Assembly: GCA_016188545.1 (NCBI GenBank) | Contig: JACPHO010000006.1 | Coordinates: 693-64,692 of the forward strand | DNA: 64,000 nucleotides | Origin: Candidatus Shapirobacteria bacterium | GTDB taxonomy: Bacteria; Patescibacteriota; Microgenomatia; UBA12405 | Direction of reading: 5' to 3' | Shown: piece after piece, positions 18,115 to 25,064 of the stretch | Position numbering within the stretch: position 1 is the stretch's first letter | How the letters are laid out: each line of letters starts with the position of its first letter | The notes under the pieces: model-generated | What the model saw: the letters and a program-made list of their open reading frames with translations, nothing else | What the model was told of the DNA's origin: nothing | Database searches by the model: none | Position numbers and translations under genes: made by a program

Positions 18115-18186
18115 AGGCCCATAGTGAAATGGTTATCACTGGGATCTCCAAAATCTCCATTCGAGGTTCGAATCCTCGTGGGCCTG
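18115..18186 (+). tRNA. tRNA-Trp (anticodon CCA)
   Basis: AGGCCCATAGTGAAATGGTTATCACTGGGATCTCCAAAATCTCCATTCGAGGTTCGAATCCTCGTGGGCCTG; acceptor AGGCCCA/TGGGCCT, anticodon loop CTCCAAA, T-loop TTCGAAT. Confidence 0.8.
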
Positions 18187-18206
18187 CATACCTGTCTTTA
18201 TAATTA

Positions 18207-18824
18207 TTAGGCAACAAGCTTCTCAAAGTTTTCGTAAAAATCCAACACTATTTCTCTGGCTTTCTCTACCGAACATATATTATCAATAACATTTATTATC
18301 TCCTCGGCCACTCCAATTGGTAATTTCGTTACCCCAACAAAACTTCTCACAGCCTCATTGCTATTAGTAGACAAAAAATATTTTGACAACATCTCATGCC
18401 ATTTTTTTATCTGAGATTCTTCAATGCCATAATTACGTTCTTCGTCGTATATAGAATTAAAATAGCCTGCCACAACTTCATTGTTTACAAACTTATTTGC
18501 CAAGACTCCATCTTCAAATAATTTCATCGCTTGTGTTTTATATGGTGACTCTATAAAAAAATCATACAACCCTCTCTCAACCACAAACTTCTCCCTTGCA
18601 TGATCGACCAGTGAGTGAAACTTTACTCCAGCTTCAAAAGAATCGCTCAATATTATTTCTGATAAACGAATCTTTCCGAAATGAGTCTTCTCCCGATCAA
18701 TTACTCCCAAATATCGGATGTCAGGGAAACTCGTCCCCACCACAAACTTTCCAATATCCTTACCATTAAAAAACTTATCAAATACTTTCTCTGCTATTAC
18801 CACGTGTGTTGTTGGTGCTGCCAT
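18207..18824 (-). CDS. Hypothetical protein (possible metal-dependent hydrolase-like His/Asp pattern)
   Basis: 205 aa; HVVIAEKV, FPDIRYL and FHSLVDH blocks; no confident family. Confidence 0.35.
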   Translation of the reverse strand: MAAPTTHVVIAEKVFDKFFNGKDIGKFVVGTSFPDIRYLGVIDREKTHFGKIRLSEIILSDSFEAGVKFHSLVDHAREKFVVERGLYDFFIESPYKTQAMKLFEDGVLANKFVNNEVVAGYFNSIYDEERNYGIEESQIKKWHEMLSKYFLSTNSNEAVRSFVGVTKLPIGVAEEIINVIDNICSVEKAREIVLDFYENFEKLVA

Positions 18825-18860
18825 AATCTATTTTATCTTAGTCGCTACCTATCTACATCC

Positions 18861-19202
18861 CTATGTCACTATTGGTAAATTTTCACTCTCCCACTGAGCT
18901 ATACCACCCGTCATATTAAAAACATTTTTGTAACCATGTTTCATCATATATTCCACTGCTGCCTCACTCCTCACCCCACTATGGCAATAAACATAAACCT
19001 TCGAATTTTTGTTAGGAATTATTTTTAGTATGTCACCCTCAAGGTTATCTAAAGGCAAGTTTATCGCTGTTTTAATATACCCCTCGTCAAATTCTTCCTT
19101 AGTCCGGACATCAAGAATTATTATTTCATCACCCTTAGTTATAAATCCATAGACTTCCTTCGGTTTTATTTCTGGAATTTCCATATTCATCATTATACCC
19201 AA
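18861..19202 (-). CDS. Rhodanese-domain sulfurtransferase
   Basis: 113 aa; active-site loop VYCHSGVRS. Confidence 0.8.
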   Translation of the reverse strand: MGIMMNMEIPEIKPKEVYGFITKGDEIIILDVRTKEEFDEGYIKTAINLPLDNLEGDILKIIPNKNSKVYVYCHSGVRSEAAVEYMMKHGYKNVFNMTGGIAQWESENLPIVT

Positions 19203-19229
19203 CTTCTAAAATAATCACCGCTGTCTTTA

Positions 19230-19320
19230 GTGCCCATAGTGCCAGTCTACAGAAGTTATCGATTCAGTGATTGCGGGCAGGTAGTTGGTAGCGCGGTCCG
19301 AAAGCTTTCGGACAGGTCAG
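19230..19320 (+). pseudogene. tRNA-like pseudo-fragment (5' acceptor/D-arm-like + aberrant anticodon-arm palindrome)
   Basis: GCCCATAGTGCCAG ... GGTAGTTGGTAGCGCG GTCCGAAAGCTTTCGGAC AGGTCAG; matches D-loop/D-stem of the downstream tRNA-Ala but does not fold into a canonical tRNA. Confidence 0.4.
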
Positions 19321-19409
19321 AATACAAAGACTCATCACCAATTGTTTTTTATCCTGAAAAATTTTCCATTCCACGTTATAATCGAACACATAGTCGCAAT
19401 ACTATAGCC

Positions 19410-19485
19410 GGGCCCATAGCGTAGTTGGTAGCGCGTCCCCATGGCATGGGGAAGGTCAGGGGTTCGAGTCCCCTTGGGTCCACCA
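19410..19485 (+). tRNA. tRNA-Ala (anticodon GGC)
   Basis: GGGCCCATAGCGTAGTTGGTAGCGCGTCCCCATGGCATGGGGAAGGTCAGGGGTTCGAGTCCCCTTGGGTCCACCA; G3:U70 identity pair present; CCA encoded. Confidence 0.85.
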
Positions 19486-19642
19486 AATGTCCGGAATAGT
19501 TTATATTCTTAGGTCACAAAAGAAACTATCAAAATTGCTAGGCAAATTGAATACAAATTAAAAAGATTAAAAAATAAAAAAATAATTGAAATGATAATAA
19601 CCAAGGGTGAACTATTTATTAACAAAAAAGAAAACATAAACT

Positions 19643-19720
19643 GGTAGCACGGTCCGAAAGCTTTCGGACAGGTCAAGGGGAAGTTTATCCGCCAGTGGCG
19701 GAAGTCCCCTTGGGTCCACA
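19643..19720 (+). pseudogene. tRNA-like pseudo-fragment (D-arm + same palindrome + T-arm with hairpin insertion + acceptor 3' end)
   Basis: TGGTAGCACG GTCCGAAAGCTTTCGGAC AGGTC AAGGGG aagtttatCCGCCagtGGCGGaagt CCCCTTGGGTCCACA; the 3' end is near-identical to tRNA-Ala but lacks CCA and has a 25-nt T-loop insertion. Confidence 0.4.
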
Positions 19721-19724
19721 ATTT

Positions 19725-19973
19725 CTAACAAGACTGTATTTTACGAGCACAGCCACCCACAACTTCTTCCACAGCCTCTACAGTTCCTGAATTAATTTTT
19801 CGGCTGCCCGTTCCGTCTACTTGAGTTACGTTTGATACTCTGACACGAGCCCAACCCCATTGACATCCGGGACATTTAACCATCCCTTTTCCATTCACGA
19901 TACCTGTTATATTTGTTGCTGTGTCGCCAGACGTTAATTCACGAACACAACCTATCCACTCAATGTCAACCAT
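19725..19973 (-). CDS. Hypothetical small Cys-containing protein
   Basis: 82-aa ORF (CPGCQWGW); GC-richer patch; may not be a gene. Confidence 0.2.
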   Translation of the reverse strand: MVDIEWIGCVRELTSGDTATNITGIVNGKGMVKCPGCQWGWARVRVSNVTQVDGTGSRKINSGTVEAVEEVVGGCARKIQSC

Positions 19974-20031
19974 GAATCGTGATTATACTTTATTGACATT
20001 ATTTGATCTAGTAGTATACTATCTTCCAACT

Positions 20032-20631
20032 ATGAAAAAACTATTTTTTGCTTTTATTATTCTTGTTTCTAGTTTCTCGTTTCTAGTTTCACCTGTATTA
20101 GCTGAAGATGAAGTTCGTAAACTAATGTTAGACCTCAAAGTCAAAGGTTTTTCTCAAACTGTTTGGCAAGATAATCTAAGTAGCTCCAATATAATTTTTG
20201 CCCCAGGCGACAAATTCCAAGTCCAAGTAAAAATACGTAACGAAGGCAACCGCAACCAGACCCAAGTCAAGGTTCGCCAAACACTCCCTTCAACCGTCAC
20301 TTCCGACTCTCCCGTCGAATTCACCATTCCTCAGATCTCCGCCGGGCAGGACTATGTCAAAGACATTACTGTTACTGTAAAAAACAAAACCGATGTCTAC
20401 AAAGCGTTGACCAACAACTCACTTCGTTTCACTGCCAAGTCCGAAGTTGGTACCGAGTCCAGTGATTTTGCTGCTTTTTATACCAGCAATGGCACTAAAG
20501 ATATTGCCAAATCAAACACTCCCGTTCTTCCAAAAACAGGTGCTGCTTCAACTCTCATCTTCGGCTCAGCTATAGCTGCTGTCCTAGCTATTGCTGGACT
20601 CAAGCTTCGCCAAGCTGTTCGTGGATACTAA
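20032..20631 (+). CDS. Secreted LPXTG cell-wall-anchored protein (sortase substrate)
   Basis: Start at ATG 20032 (MKKLFFAFIILVSSFSFLVSPVLA signal peptide); C-terminus LPKTG + hydrophobic stretch + KLRQAVRGY positive tail. Confidence 0.7.
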   Translation: MKKLFFAFIILVSSFSFLVSPVLAEDEVRKLMLDLKVKGFSQTVWQDNLSSSNIIFAPGDKFQVQVKIRNEGNRNQTQVKVRQTLPSTVTSDSPVEFTIPQISAGQDYVKDITVTVKNKTDVYKALTNNSLRFTAKSEVGTESSDFAAFYTSNGTKDIAKSNTPVLPKTGAASTLIFGSAIAAVLAIAGLKLRQAVRGY

Positions 20632-20653
20632 AATAAATCATGATGATTTCAAG

Positions 20654-20681
20654 GACCCGCTTCGGCGGGTCTTTTTTTTAA
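20654..20681 (+). terminator. Rho-independent terminator
   Basis: GACCCGC-TTCG-GCGGGTC followed by T8, 20 nt after the LPXTG gene stop. Confidence 0.75.
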
Positions 20682-20851
20682 TATATCAAATACATACATC
20701 TCTAATTGACATTATAGGACTCGTCTGCTACACTATAGGCTAGAAAAATATACCTAGAGATCAGTAGAGAAAAAGGGGTTAGGTGGCTCCTTGTCATTTT
20801 CTTACTCCTTTTCTCTTCTGACCTCTAACCGCACATTTACAATTTGTTAGA

Positions 20852-20880
20852 TTGACAATCTGTCCAATTCTTGATAATAT
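20852..20880 (+). promoter_or_regulatory. Near-consensus sigma70-type promoter TTGACA-N17-TAATAT
   Basis: TTGACA at 20852-20857, 17-nt spacer, TAATAT at 20875-20880 (TG at 20872-20873). Confidence 0.4.
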
Positions 20881-20888
20881 TTTATCAA

Positions 20889-20954
20889 GAAAGAGCTCAG
20901 GGATTAAAGTTCCCGACGTCGACCCGCAGGGCGAGAGAGAGAGCTCTTTTTTTT
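20889..20954. terminator. Large composite hairpin (AAAGAGCTC ... GAGCTCTTT) with T8 on the + strand; bidirectional terminator or small structured RNA
   Basis: Self-complementary GAGCTC arms at 20893-20898 and 20941-20946 enclose GGGATTAAAGTTCCC and CCCGCAGGG sub-hairpins; T8 at 20947-20954. Confidence 0.5.
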
Positions 20955-21354
20955 ATGTCTTTATTTCTCCCAACCAAACACACGACAAAAAATATGGCTT
21001 ACCGCCACCAACTTTTGTCACCACTGTCTTTACCAACACGTTGTCGACCTCCGCTTCAAATGACCAATACTCAACGATTAAGTACTTTTTCTTTCGTTGG
21101 TTATAATCACAATATTTCCTACATTTTTTCAAGACACCGACCACTCGTGGTAAAGCAAAAAATCTGGTAATCAATTCATTTACCGATCGGTCTTTTTCCA
21201 CAAAATGATTCCAACCGCTATGCGTAAAATAAATATGTTTTTTAAGAGCAGGTGAATACACCTTTGTCCCTTGCAATTTGCCAATATAAAAATCTTTTGC
21301 TAGCTTCTCAGCATATTCATAAGTCGTTTTTTGAATATGGTTTAAGTCATCCAC
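20953..21354 (-). CDS. Hypothetical protein (downstream part of a TGA-interrupted reading frame; GTG start)
   Basis: 133-aa ORF; the upstream ORF 21358..21567 is in the same frame, separated by one in-frame TGA. Confidence 0.35.
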   Translation of the reverse strand: MDDLNHIQKTTYEYAEKLAKDFYIGKLQGTKVYSPALKKHIYFTHSGWNHFVEKDRSVNELITRFFALPRVVGVLKKCRKYCDYNQRKKKYLIVEYWSFEAEVDNVLVKTVVTKVGGGKPYFLSCVWLGEIKT

Positions 21355-21357
21355 ATA

Positions 21358-21567
21358 TCAATCTAACACAAAGTTATCAAAGAAGTGATAATTATTACAA
21401 ATAATTACTATTTCTTTGGTAATTCTTGTCAGCCTTTGGCTGATATTACCAAATGGCAAAAACCAAATACTTAGCATCGCGCTAAACAATTTGGAGCTTG
21501 CCAGTCCGAAGCTCGCAAGAGCGTAGGATGGTTCTTTAACAATCTTTTTTCTTGTCCGCCGTAGCAT
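21358..21567 (-). pseudogene. Upstream part of the same TGA-interrupted frame
   Basis: Reverse-strand reading: ...GAT TGA TAT GTG GAT GAC... (D * Y V D D) joins the two ORFs in one frame. Confidence 0.3.
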
Positions 21568-21905
21568 AGTTCTCGCGAAGGCGGATCATATTCGAGCTAA
21601 ATTCTAGTTTGAATATGCTTTCTTTTCAAAAAATGTGTGTATTTTGTGGTGAACTTTGACCGTCATTGCGAGGCAGTTTACCCTGAGCGAAGTCGAAGGG
21701 TGGCAATCTCTTTTTTTAATGGATCCATTTCTGGTGGCAGTATTTTATTCTCAAATTGCTTGAGGCTAAGATACTGTCACTAGAGAAATTTTCTAGAGGT
21801 TGAGTAATACTTCAAAAAGTACAAACAGTTGTACTTTAAACCCAAACATTCGCCACCGGATCCGGCGAAAATTTTTTCAATTGTCACCCTGAAAGGAGAC
21901 AACAA

Positions 21906-22577
21906 ATGAACGACTCTATGAACGTCCCTGCACGACGCAACACAAACTGGCTCGCCATCATTTTGGGCGGCCTCCTGACACTATGCCTCCTCTGCGTACT
22001 TCCAGGAATGGCATACACGTCCTGGAACATCGGCAATTCCCAACCTGCGGCCTCCGTGACCCAGATCCCCGCCGAAGCCCCCGAGCTGCACAAGCCCGCC
22101 GAGTTCCAGACCATCACGGTCAACTCGAAAGAGTACGGAACTGATTTTACCGATCGCCTCACCTTCACCAATGGCGAGATCCTCACGGGTCACGTCGCAC
22201 CTTATGAAGGCACCGAACTCGACAACATCCAGCACACCTGGGTTGACTACAATGTCGAAGTTCCTGAAGGCACGGCCTATGCTGTTGCATTCGGCTACTC
22301 GGTCAAGATCAATGGCAAGGAATACCAGCCCGGCGCTATCATCATGCTTCCAACCGATGGCGGCACCGTCAAAGTCAGCATTCTCGATGGAGAGCTGGTC
22401 TTTTGGCGTGATTTGACTGCCATGCATGATGACATCAGCGATCGCATCAGCACTGAAATTGCCAATGGCAACCTGAGCATTGATGGCCCCCTTGCCTTCT
22501 CGTTCTGCTCTCAGGAGTTCACTGGTTACGTGCCCCGCGAATTGCTCGAAGCCAATAAGGTCCAGATCGTCAAGTAG
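21906..22577 (+). CDS. Secreted/membrane-anchored hypothetical protein in a GC-rich (foreign-looking) segment
   Basis: 223 aa; perfect SD GAAAGGAGA 7 nt before ATG; N-terminal TM/signal (WLAIILGGLLTLCLLCVLPGMA); GC3-rich codons unlike the rest of the window. The long opposite-strand ORFs are typical high-GC artefacts. Confidence 0.6.
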   Translation: MNDSMNVPARRNTNWLAIILGGLLTLCLLCVLPGMAYTSWNIGNSQPAASVTQIPAEAPELHKPAEFQTITVNSKEYGTDFTDRLTFTNGEILTGHVAPYEGTELDNIQHTWVDYNVEVPEGTAYAVAFGYSVKINGKEYQPGAIIMLPTDGGTVKVSILDGELVFWRDLTAMHDDISDRISTEIANGNLSIDGPLAFSFCSQEFTGYVPRELLEANKVQIVK

Positions 22578-22747
22578 GCGCCTTGGCTCAGGCCGCCCCA
22601 CATTTTCAGAGACCCGGCAATAGCCGAGTCTCTGAATCGTGGTGGGGATTCCCCCACCACCCACACACAAAAAAGAAAAGAAAGAAGAAAAAGGTTAGCA
22701 TATTCCGATGTGTATCGGAACTGACGATTCCAAAAGGATGAAATGCT

Positions 22748-23632
22748 ATGTCCAATCTCAAAACAAAATATCCATTAATCAGCGTCATCATGCCGGTGTA
22801 CAATTCCGGAGAATTCCTAGCCCCAGCTATCGTTTCCATCCTCTCACAATCCTACAAAAATTTTGAATTTATCATTGTCGACGATGCCTCAACTGACAAC
22901 TCTTGGAAAACCATCCGTTCTTTTGCCAAAGCTGATAAACGTATCAGAATCTACCGAAACTCCATCAATTTAGGTGTCAGTTTAACTGCCAACATCGCCA
23001 CTTCCCATGCCAAAGGCAGATACTTAGCCCGCATGGATTCTGATGATATCTCCTCCCCTGACCGTCTTCAAAAACAAATAAATTTTTTTAAAAAACACCC
23101 CCAAACAATTCTTATTGGCGGCCAATGCACCATCATTAATGAATTAAACCAAGTTATTGGGTATAAAAACTTCCCTCTCTCCCCTCACGAAGCTCTCATG
23201 GACATGCTCTTTTGGGCGGTCCCTATCCAGCAAGGTTTTATGATGATCAACCTTCAAAAATTACCATCAAATTTTACCTGGTATGAAGCAGGTAAAAAAA
23301 CAGCTGAAGAAATTGACCTGTTTTTCAGGCTCTCCGAATACGGAAAGTTTGCCAATCTTGCTGATAACTTATACTTTTATCGCCAATTGTCAGGCAGTCT
23401 TTCTCACCAAAATCCCAAAAAAACTTTTTATCTCACCCTCCAATCTCGGCTACTCGCCGTCAAGAACGGCTACCAGCCATCAATCAAAGCATGGTTCCTC
23501 AACTTTGCTCAAATATTTTTAGTTGCTATTTTACCAACTTCCGCCATCTACAACATTTGGTATTTAGTTCGTGGCGTCAGCCAGCTAAAGTTAAGACTTG
23601 TCCCCACCTCCCTCTCCAGTACCAAAGCATAA
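22748..23632 (+). CDS. Glycosyltransferase family 2
   Basis: 294 aa; ISVIMPVYNSGEFL, IIVDDASTDNS, DSDD motifs (GT-A fold, DXD). Confidence 0.8.
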   Translation: MSNLKTKYPLISVIMPVYNSGEFLAPAIVSILSQSYKNFEFIIVDDASTDNSWKTIRSFAKADKRIRIYRNSINLGVSLTANIATSHAKGRYLARMDSDDISSPDRLQKQINFFKKHPQTILIGGQCTIINELNQVIGYKNFPLSPHEALMDMLFWAVPIQQGFMMINLQKLPSNFTWYEAGKKTAEEIDLFFRLSEYGKFANLADNLYFYRQLSGSLSHQNPKKTFYLTLQSRLLAVKNGYQPSIKAWFLNFAQIFLVAILPTSAIYNIWYLVRGVSQLKLRLVPTSLSSTKA

Positions 23633-23659
23633 TCAGCCACAATTCAGTATACTATTCCC

Positions 23660-24442
23660 ATGATCAGAGCTACTATTTTTTTCCTCAGAAGTCTTCTCTA
23701 TCACCTTACCTATTCAATATCGTCAAAAACCCCTGACAAAATAATCCTCTGTTATCACTCTGTTGGTGGTCCTAGTTGGGATTACAATGTCAAATTAAAC
23801 GATTTCAAAGATCAAATCGATTACCTTCTAACCCTTTATCAACCAACCACTTTAGACAAAATTATCACCGCGACAGCCCCCTCTTTTGTACTCACCTTTG
23901 ATGACGGCTACAAAAGTATTTTCAAAATTCACGAGTTTTTAAAGACAGAAAATATTTATCCCACCCTATTTCTTCTATCCGACAAGAAAAATCTGAATCA
24001 CCAAGAAATCGATAACAATATAAGTCTACTCAAAAATCATCAAGTCCGAAAACTAATTGCTTCCGGTTGGAAAATCGGTTCCCACGGCAGTCAACATCAA
24101 GATTATTGGCAACTCAAACCAAACGAAATTAGTTCTGAGATTGTCAAATCAAAAAGCGATCTTGAAAAAAGATTTGGAGTACCAATCAGTTGTTTCTCCT
24201 ACCCAAAGGGTAGATACTCACCAGCAATAATTGACGCAGTCAAAAACGCCGGTTACAAGATGGCCGCCACTATGGATGATGGAATCTTGGATAAAACAAC
24301 AAATCTCTATACCATTCCCCGAATCGGTGTCGACAAAACACTTAATATAGATGAGTTTAAAAGAGTATTAGCCATCTCTACAATTACCGCCAGAGGTATT
24401 GTCAAAAAACTCGGTGGCAAATTATTAGCTAAACTAATCTAG
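23660..24442 (+). CDS. Polysaccharide deacetylase (CE4/NodB homology domain)
   Basis: 260 aa; TFDDGY, HGSQH and proline-containing NodB motifs. Confidence 0.7.
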   Translation: MIRATIFFLRSLLYHLTYSISSKTPDKIILCYHSVGGPSWDYNVKLNDFKDQIDYLLTLYQPTTLDKIITATAPSFVLTFDDGYKSIFKIHEFLKTENIYPTLFLLSDKKNLNHQEIDNNISLLKNHQVRKLIASGWKIGSHGSQHQDYWQLKPNEISSEIVKSKSDLEKRFGVPISCFSYPKGRYSPAIIDAVKNAGYKMAATMDDGILDKTTNLYTIPRIGVDKTLNIDEFKRVLAISTITARGIVKKLGGKLLAKLI

Positions 24443-24711
24443 TTCTTGTACACCTCTTCATGTTTTCCAATTGCTACAAAATAAGCAGTATTCTCATCAA
24501 TATAATAAAAAATCATTCTGATACTCTCATTGATAGAAATACTCCACGATTCTTTCATTGATCCTGTTAGTTTATGCAACCTTAATGAAGGTCTTGACTT
24601 GTCCAAACAAAATATTTTTAATTTGCTTGCCACCAGATCATACAGCTTCTTGTTCTTCTTGGCTATTTTGAATAAATCTTTTTCTACTTTTGTGTCAAAT
24701 ATTACTTCCAC
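24439..24711 (-). CDS. Type II toxin, RelE/ParE family
   Basis: 90 aa; LHKLTGSMKESWSISINESIRMIFYYID..AYFVAIGKHEEVY (RelE fold signature). Confidence 0.7.
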   Translation of the reverse strand: MEVIFDTKVEKDLFKIAKKNKKLYDLVASKLKIFCLDKSRPSLRLHKLTGSMKESWSISINESIRMIFYYIDENTAYFVAIGKHEEVYKN

Positions 24712-24982
24712 TCTTCAGTTTAGCAAAATACTCATCGATATTATCAATTTTAATAGATTTGCTTTTTCCTGACAACGAGTCCGCGACTCTCTTCTTTACT
24801 CTATCCGAAGCCTCAAAAGTCGGGTACTCTTCCTCAACTTTGTTGACCATCAAATATTTGATATACGAGGCCAGAGTCATCCCCCACTTATCAGCCCTTT
24901 TCTTGACTTCATTTTTGAGAGCCACAGGCAAACTAATTTTTATCTGGGTAATTGCTTGATTCATACCACTATTATACCCCAA
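24695..24982 (-). CDS. Antitoxin, ribbon-helix-helix type
   Basis: Overlaps the toxin start by 17 nt; QIKISLPVALKNEVKKRADKWGMTLASYIKYLMV is RHH-like; probable start at the internal MNQAIT. Confidence 0.6.
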   Translation of the reverse strand: MGYNSGMNQAITQIKISLPVALKNEVKKRADKWGMTLASYIKYLMVNKVEEEYPTFEASDRVKKRVADSLSGKSKSIKIDNIDEYFAKLKSGSNI

Positions 24983-25064
24983 TAAATGGTCTAATCAAGT
25001 GCCTGTATCATAATTCGACAGATACAGCCAAAATTTCTGGCGTCTTTTAGTATAAAATAATTTA

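Noticed and set aside
20852-21170. Plus-strand ORFs 20852..21106 and 20871..21170
   Set aside because: They start inside the promoter and hairpin region, run antisense through the minus-strand gene 20953..21354, and have odd composition. They are treated as non-coding.
20953-21567. Alternative genetic code with UGA = Gly (code 25, as in some CPR lineages) to explain the in-frame TGA
   Set aside because: Dozens of well-conserved genes here, including suf, nrdJ, ribosomal proteins and glyA, end cleanly at TGA, TAA or TAG with standard-code translation. Full-length homologous proteins are obtained without UGA read-through.
21981-22670. 229-aa minus-strand ORF, and 22171..22416 and 22295..22480 ORFs, overlapping the GC-rich gene
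   Set aside because: Long antisense ORFs are expected in GC-rich DNA. The + strand ORF has a perfect SD and a signal peptide, and the minus ORF does not.
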